The notes beneath the pieces were generated by a model. It was not told the origin of the DNA and did not search any database. It worked only from the letters and a program-made list of their open reading frames with translations. The position numbers were made by a program, and so were the translations under genes. This document shows, in pieces, positions 58,455 through 64,000 of a stretch of DNA of 64,000 nt. The stretch is from Candidatus Aenigmatarchaeota archaeon (lineage in GTDB: Archaea > Aenigmatarchaeota > Aenigmatarchaeia > QMZP01), in contig JBDRSV010000024.1 in NCBI GenBank assembly GCA_043824495.1, forward strand, positions 96,001-160,000, read 5' to 3'. Position 1 is the stretch's first letter. Each line of letters begins with the position of its first letter.

Positions 58455-59708
58455 GTGATTTGGATGGCTAAAAATAAAAAAATAACTAAGAGAGCAGTTA
58501 AGAAATCGGTTAAGAAAACAGCTGAAAAGCCAGCTAAGACTGCCAAATCAAAATCTAAACCTACTCCTAAGACCAAGAAACTAACACCAGAACAAGAAGC
58601 AAAAGAGCTTGATGATGAAAAGCTAGAAAGAATAGATCTTCTAAAGAAATTCACAAAGGATGTTTTGAAAGAGTATGGTCAGCTAATTAGAGCTATAGTA
58701 TTATTTGGTTCTACTGCTAGAGGCGGGTTCAAGAAGCACTCTGATATTGATATTTTTGTTATAGTTGATGATACAAGAGAGAAAATCACTCCTATGCTTA
58801 GAGATAAACTAGAAGACGATTTAGACAAAATAGCTAAGAGCTGCTCAAAGAAAATGTCTGTGCAGCAACCTTACATGCTCACTGAATTCTGGAGACTTGT
58901 GAGAGAAGGTCATCCAATTGTTTTCAATTTCATAAGAGAAGGAGTTCCCGTATTTGACAGAGACATGTTTTTACCTATCAAGAGATTACTTCAAATAGGA
59001 GAGATAAAGCCGTCTCAAGAAGCTGTTGAGAAATTTATTGAGAGAGGACCTAAGAGAATCAAAAGAGTAGAAAACGCAAAGATGTATATGGTAGTTGAAG
59101 ACTGCTATTATGCTATGCTTGAAAGCGCTCAGGCTGTTCTTATGTTTATGGGTAAAATACCTCCAAGACCTACTGATGCTCCAGAGAGTTTGAGAAAAGC
59201 TCTTGTAAAAATGAAATTAATTGATGAGGAAAGTGTCAAATTCCTTGAAGATATCATAGATCTAAGAAAAAAGGTTGAACACAAAGAGGTTAATTCTGTT
59301 TCTGGTGCAGATCTTGATGTATGGATAGAGAAAACAAAGAAATTCGTAAAAAAGATGCAAGACACAATAATGGAAATAGAGTTGATAAAGAGAGAGAATA
59401 TGGTTGAGAAATCATACACAATTATGAATGAGACTGCTATCACTCTTCTAAAATCAATAGAAAAAGCACCTAAAAAAGAAGATCCAATATCAAAAGCATT
59501 TGATACATATTTAGTAAAACCTGGTGTAGTTTCTGATAAATATTTGAGTGTATTAAATGAGCTTGAAGAGATGCATAGAATTGTGCATGAAGGAAAGATT
59601 ACAACAATACCAAAGCAGGATATTCTTGTGAACAGAGAGTATGTTAGAAAGTTCATAACGGAAGCGGGCAAGATTCTACGAAAGAAGAACAAAGAGCCTG
59701 ATGTTTAA
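58455..59708 (+). CDS. Minimal nucleotidyltransferase + HEPN fusion
   Basis: LFGS.ARG....SDID; CYYAM...AQA.L; RKKVEH (Rx4H). Confidence 0.88.
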   Translation: MIWMAKNKKITKRAVKKSVKKTAEKPAKTAKSKSKPTPKTKKLTPEQEAKELDDEKLERIDLLKKFTKDVLKEYGQLIRAIVLFGSTARGGFKKHSDIDIFVIVDDTREKITPMLRDKLEDDLDKIAKSCSKKMSVQQPYMLTEFWRLVREGHPIVFNFIREGVPVFDRDMFLPIKRLLQIGEIKPSQEAVEKFIERGPKRIKRVENAKMYMVVEDCYYAMLESAQAVLMFMGKIPPRPTDAPESLRKALVKMKLIDEESVKFLEDIIDLRKKVEHKEVNSVSGADLDVWIEKTKKFVKKMQDTIMEIELIKRENMVEKSYTIMNETAITLLKSIEKAPKKEDPISKAFDTYLVKPGVVSDKYLSVLNELEEMHRIVHEGKITTIPKQDILVNREYVRKFITEAGKILRKKNKEPDV

Positions 59709-59717
59709 ACATAGTGC

Positions 59718-59731
59718 TTAAATAGACAATA
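59718..59731. repeat. Half copy of the block-end motif
   Basis: TTAAATAGACAATA, identical to the cargo-side half of copy 6. Confidence 0.55.
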
Positions 59732-59981
59732 GTTTATTTTTTTTATTTTTTCTATGACCAATTTTTAGAACCAATATCAATAGATTATCTTTTTCTATAG
59801 CCAGAATTATTCTATGGTCACCTACCCGAAGCCTGTATCCGGGAAATCCTACAAGTTTTTTAACAAACTTCTCAGGACGTATTTTTATTCTATCCAGAAC
59901 TACAACAATGTGTTCTTGAGTTTTCTTATCTAATTTGTCAAACTGTTTTTTGGAGTGCAAAGAAAAAAGAATCTGATACAT
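59718..59981 (-). CDS. RelE/ParE-family toxin
   Basis: Y.I.F...S.KQ..KL, YRLRVGD.RI, LIL.LKIGHRKN. Confidence 0.9.
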   Translation of the reverse strand: MYQILFSLHSKKQFDKLDKKTQEHIVVVLDRIKIRPEKFVKKLVGFPGYRLRVGDHRIILAIEKDNLLILVLKIGHRKNKKNKLLSI

Positions 59982-60199
59982 TAATTCTTCATCTCCTTCT
60001 TAATTTGCTCCATAGTATAAAATTTACCTTCTATTATCTCCTTTCGTGAAAGTTCTATTTCTTTCTTTGTCTCTTCACTTAGTTCCGCTGTGTCTTCTAT
60101 CATGTCCCAAATAACTTCTTCATAGCTTTCGCTGTTAGAAAATTTACGTTCTGTTAGAACCTTCTGAAGGTTTTCTGATACCTGAATTGTTGTTACCAT
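59981..60199 (-). CDS. Cognate antitoxin
   Basis: TTIQVSE.....L...K....ESYEEVI..MIE; coupled to the toxin. Confidence 0.85.
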   Translation of the reverse strand: MVTTIQVSENLQKVLTERKFSNSESYEEVIWDMIEDTAELSEETKKEIELSRKEIIEGKFYTMEQIKKEMKN

Positions 60200-60249
60200 A
60201 GTAATCTATAGTGTGTTATAGTTTATAAAGGTTTCAGATTAAAACATGT

Positions 60250-60789
60250 TCAGTGTGTATTCTTTTCTATAAATTCTATAACTTTCTCAGCTACTTGTTC
60301 TGCTGTTATGTGAGAACTGTCAACAATAATATCGTAATGTTTTTCTGCTAGATGATCTAGATTGTAATATTTTTTGTATCTGAATAAATCACTTTCTTCT
60401 CTTTCTTCTAGTGCTTTTTTTGTTTCTTCTAGATCTTTGAACTTTTCATCTATTCTTTCGTCTTGGAAAACTCTTTGAGCTCTTTTTTCTAGATTAGCTG
60501 TTATGAAAACCTTAATTGATTGTGGTATGAAATAGAAACATAATCTACCATCAACAACTAGATTATCTTCTGTTTCTCCAAGCTTCTTTACGTAATCATC
60601 CACTTCTTTGTCAGTGAAATCTTCTTTCTCTCCGATCTTGTTGAATTCAGCTAGACTTATTCTTCTATCACTGGCCATTTTCCCTCTGAGATCACCTATA
60701 GAATAATGTTGATATCCAAGTCTTTCTGCAACTATTTTACCAACACTCGATTTACCTGATCCAGCTTTACCAGAAATTGTTATAATCAT
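60250..60789 (-). CDS. cmk: Cytidylate kinase (archaeal type)
   Basis: ITISG..GSGKS.V...A..LG, V.DGRL, R..SD..RY..YY. Confidence 0.9.
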   Translation of the reverse strand: MIITISGKAGSGKSSVGKIVAERLGYQHYSIGDLRGKMASDRRISLAEFNKIGEKEDFTDKEVDDYVKKLGETEDNLVVDGRLCFYFIPQSIKVFITANLEKRAQRVFQDERIDEKFKDLEETKKALEEREESDLFRYKKYYNLDHLAEKHYDIIVDSSHITAEQVAEKVIEFIEKNTH

Positions 60790-60927
60790 AATTCTCTGTA
60801 TATATTTAAGGATTTGTGATTAAAATAAATCATGACCACAAAAAAGACATATTTCAGATACCTGCTTCTACTGGTTGTGATAATAATAATTATTTTAGCT
60901 GCTTCTGGCTTTTTCTTAGGTCTGTAA

Positions 60928-61818
60928 TTATCTGACCATGTCAGCTAATTTATCAAGAATGCCTAGTATGTATTTGTCTTTATCAGGATCATCTATAATT
61001 AAAGTTCCTTTGGTGTTCAATGACATAGATTCTCTTATCAAATACTCTAGGTTTAGGTCAGACTTTGATAGAGGAATTGTCCTAGTCATTCCAGAAGGGC
61101 CGTAAGATACCCCTGAGAAGAAGAAATAAGCACTGTTTAGCCATTGCTGACCAATAGATGCTCTCACCTCGTTGAGAATCTGTTTGAAATCGTTCTGTAC
61201 CCTGAGAGCTCCTGCGCCTCTTGCATGAACATGAGCCCAGTTAATTACTGGTTCTGTTGATTGTGTTCTCTTTACTATGTCTATAACATCTTCTAAACTA
61301 CCAACTTCGTTCGTTTTACCTGTTGTTTCTATTCCTATAGTTGTTGTTGTTCTTTCTCCTGTGATTATTTCATTTATTTTGTATACCACAAGCTTCTGTG
61401 CCTGATCTCTAGGCATCATTGTGTAAAATGTGGGTGGTAGTATTAGAATTCTACAATCCATTATAGATGTGATTGTGACTAAAATCTTGAGCATTTCATC
61501 TAATTGTTCTGGGTTATCTGGGAACTTAGTAACATGAATTGAGAGTTCAATGTTGAATTTATTTGCCAATTCTTTTATTTTTAATAAATTTCCGTAATGG
61601 ACCTTGTATAAGTCAGTTGATGTTTTAACATTTTTGAATAGATCGTATGGAAGAACAAATGCTTTCAAACCAATTCTGTATAATTCCTTCAGAACTTCTA
61701 GAGCATCTTCAACTGTTTTTACAACAGGTATTTTTGATGTTCCATGTGCGATCCCTAGTCTCATGCCTAGCCTTTCTTGGATCTTCAATGTCTTCTTACG
61801 TATAATCATGTCTTGCAT
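60928..61818 (-). CDS. Endonuclease IV-like TIM-barrel protein
   Basis: LSIH, GIETTGK..E.GSL.D, INWAH.HAR. Confidence 0.75.
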   Translation of the reverse strand: MQDMIIRKKTLKIQERLGMRLGIAHGTSKIPVVKTVEDALEVLKELYRIGLKAFVLPYDLFKNVKTSTDLYKVHYGNLLKIKELANKFNIELSIHVTKFPDNPEQLDEMLKILVTITSIMDCRILILPPTFYTMMPRDQAQKLVVYKINEIITGERTTTTIGIETTGKTNEVGSLEDVIDIVKRTQSTEPVINWAHVHARGAGALRVQNDFKQILNEVRASIGQQWLNSAYFFFSGVSYGPSGMTRTIPLSKSDLNLEYLIRESMSLNTKGTLIIDDPDKDKYILGILDKLADMVR

Positions 61819-61966
61819 AATTTCTCTTGCTATATTATTGTTGAGCTGGTAGAAAAGCCTTATTTAGGCTTCAGCATCTACTTTTTAGTAGTATAACACT
61901 GTTATAATACTGGTCTAGCCCCTATAAATAGATAATACCCACTCTTAGAAAGAGAAAAAAAGGAAA

Positions 61967-62191
61967 TCAGAGTCCTGTGAGAGCTCCTTCAATATCGTCT
62001 AAATTAAGGTCTTGTATGGCTTGTTCAAGCTCAATTTCAAGCGTGTTTTCTGCTGCCTGTTGTACTTGTGCATTAACTACGTTGCCTGTTGTCCCGTCTC
62101 CAGTGCCATCAATTGGTTCTGTGCTAGGAGTTGTACAACCACTGACCACAAGAACCGCGAACAAGAAAAGTAGAGGGAGAATTGCTTTCAT
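61967..62191 (-). CDS. Small lipoprotein-like protein
   Basis: VLVVSGC lipobox. Confidence 0.65.
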   Translation of the reverse strand: MKAILPLLFLFAVLVVSGCTTPSTEPIDGTGDGTTGNVVNAQVQQAAENTLEIELEQAIQDLNLDDIEGALTGL

Positions 62192-62193
62192 AT

Positions 62194-63660
62194 TTATCCC
62201 TCCGTTGTGTTTGTCTCTGTTGTATTACCGTCATTTCCAGGTTCTTCGTCAGATGCGCAATCCGCTGGGCATGTGCCTTCGTATTCTGCTCCTAGACATG
62301 TAGGATCAGAGTCGCTACATCCGGTTTCTACGTTTGCTTCGCCTTCTTCACATACGCCATTGCCGCAGGTTGTTGTAATTGTTGAATTACCGTCTGTGTC
62401 AGTTTCATTGCCGTTGTTGTCTGTTCCGCCTGCACCATCGTTTATGTCATCCACTTCATCTTCTGTTGTATCACATTTGTCTGGATGTTCTACACAGAAT
62501 TTCTCACAGACGTCTGCGCTTGGATGATCTTCACAGTAATCTTCTAATCTGTCTTCAACGATTCTGCATGCAGTTGGATGATCTTTACAGAATTCAGCAC
62601 ATCTTTCATTATCTGCGTTACCTACACAATACTTTGCAAGTACTTCTGTGACCTTCTTACAAACAACTGGGTGCTCTTTGCAGTATTCTGCACATTTGTC
62701 ATTATCTGGGTTTTCTTTACAGAAGTTTACGAGTCTCTCTGTGAATTTTTTGCATGCAGATGTATGTTCTTTACAATAATCTATGCACTTTGCATCGTCT
62801 GCATTGTTTACACAATACTCTGCTAGACTCTTTACTACATTCAAACACTTGTTAGGGTTGTCTTTACAGAATTCTAAACAGCTTTCATCTTCTGGTGCTT
62901 CTGAACAGAATCTTTCTATTTTATCTCTTACGTAATCACAAACATCCGCATTTGGATGCTCTTCACAGTAGTTTTCTGTTCTTTCTTTTTCTAGAAGTCT
63001 ACACACTTTTTCCTCCGGATGATCTACACAGTATGTTTTGTATGCTTCTCTACATCTTGAATCATCCAGATTATCTCTGCAGTAGTTCCTGAATAATGTT
63101 TTACATCTTTCATCTTCAGAATTGTCTGTACAGAATTCACTGATTCTTTCCCTACAGTTTGCGTCTTCATTCTTGTCACAGTAATCTTTTACTTTCTCTG
63201 CAATTTCAGGAGCTTTTGCTACTCTTGTTCCTTGTAATATGTACATGTGGTATGTTGTCCCGTCTAATACAAGAGTACCTGCCCAAACTTCTTGAGTTCC
63301 TTTTAGAACTGAAGAAACATCTATTGTTCCCTTATCTACGTCATCTAAATAGATATCTGCTGTTGCATGCCCATCGGCTATAACAACGTTCTTCATGCTG
63401 TATTTAACATCGTCAAGGTATAGTACACCAACTGTTGCGTCTACAGTTTCTCCTAATAGGTCAACAGAAACAGTTGCTATGCCGGCCTTCACCATCATGA
63501 AGTCCATGGCGTCGCTTGGTGATGTTGCTATTCCTTGTCCGAGGAATCCCAAGAATTTGATTTTGTGGTCGCTTGAACTTGTCTCTACCTCAGCAAATAC
63601 AGTTGAGATAAAGAACAAGCTTACTACCAGTATAACCAAATACATGAAACTAGATTTCAT
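62194..63660 (-). CDS. Secreted protein with tandem Cys-rich repeats
   Basis: Signal peptide; many (Y/F)C..(H/N)P....C units; acidic Thr/Gly tail with CGNG.CE...CPADC. Confidence 0.85.
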   Translation of the reverse strand: MKSSFMYLVILVVSLFFISTVFAEVETSSSDHKIKFLGFLGQGIATSPSDAMDFMMVKAGIATVSVDLLGETVDATVGVLYLDDVKYSMKNVVIADGHATADIYLDDVDKGTIDVSSVLKGTQEVWAGTLVLDGTTYHMYILQGTRVAKAPEIAEKVKDYCDKNEDANCRERISEFCTDNSEDERCKTLFRNYCRDNLDDSRCREAYKTYCVDHPEEKVCRLLEKERTENYCEEHPNADVCDYVRDKIERFCSEAPEDESCLEFCKDNPNKCLNVVKSLAEYCVNNADDAKCIDYCKEHTSACKKFTERLVNFCKENPDNDKCAEYCKEHPVVCKKVTEVLAKYCVGNADNERCAEFCKDHPTACRIVEDRLEDYCEDHPSADVCEKFCVEHPDKCDTTEDEVDDINDGAGGTDNNGNETDTDGNSTITTTCGNGVCEEGEANVETGCSDSDPTCLGAEYEGTCPADCASDEEPGNDGNTTETNTTEG

Positions 63661-63757
63661 GTATTATATTATTGTTAAGATGATATTTATGTATTCTTCC
63701 ATTGTAATTGACCTATTAAAACCAACATTTATATTACCAAAAAATTATTAATCATGC

Positions 63758-64000
63758 ATGGCTTTAGATTTCTTTCAAACGTATTTTGTTAATTCAATAT
63801 TACAGAATGGTTGGTTTAATCCTATAAACACTATCGTGTACTCCATTCTCCTAATTATAGCAGTAGTTCTTGTATACAAACTACTAAAGAAAATGAACAT
63901 CAAGATAGACAAATACTTCTTTTATGCAATTGTTCCATTTGTTTTCTGGGCTTCATCTACACGTGTTTTACATGATGCTGCGCGTGCGGGTAGATTATTA
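63758..64000 (+). CDS. DUF63-family membrane protein, 5' part (runs off the window)
   Basis: G.FNP.NT.VY...L, ...PF....SS.RVL.D. Confidence 0.75.
   Translation, partial: MALDFFQTYFVNSILQNGWFNPINTIVYSILLIIAVVLVYKLLKKMNIKIDKYFFYAIVPFVFWASSTRVLHDAARAGRLL

Noticed and set aside
840-63751. Antisense or overlapping track ORFs (for example 840-1232, 24901-25359, 27166-27645, 59129-59692, 62207-63751)
   Set aside because: Shadow frames of well-supported genes on the opposite strand

Overview
The window comes from an AT-rich archaeal chromosome, probably DPANN (inferred from eS4, eL30, eS28, eL24, L7Ae, archaeal RpoD and Dph5). The backbone carries ribosomal and translation genes, a tRNA-Gln with two introns, ArgRS, an intein-containing inositol-1-phosphate synthase, RibBA and YchF. 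Two accessory structures stand out. (1) Five GC-richer, bacterial-style blocks: A ~10.3-12.2 kb, B ~12.7-15.2 kb, C ~15.2-18.85 kb, D ~22.4-31.36 kb and E ~52.0-54.3 kb. Each ends, on its sense strand, in an unrelated terminator-like hairpin and short T-tract joined directly to one shared ~23-bp motif, ATTGTCYAWTTARAGGGATA. No cognate recombinase is visible in the window. (2) A 9,150-bp cargo transposon (31372-40521) with perfect 16-bp terminal inverted repeats and a 9-bp target-site duplication. It carries a type IIG restriction-modification enzyme, a toxin-antitoxin pair, a PD-(D/E)XK nuclease, a ParB-like protein and a DDE transposase. Several candidate structured RNAs also occur. All calls were made by eye with no database search, and GC values are visual estimates.
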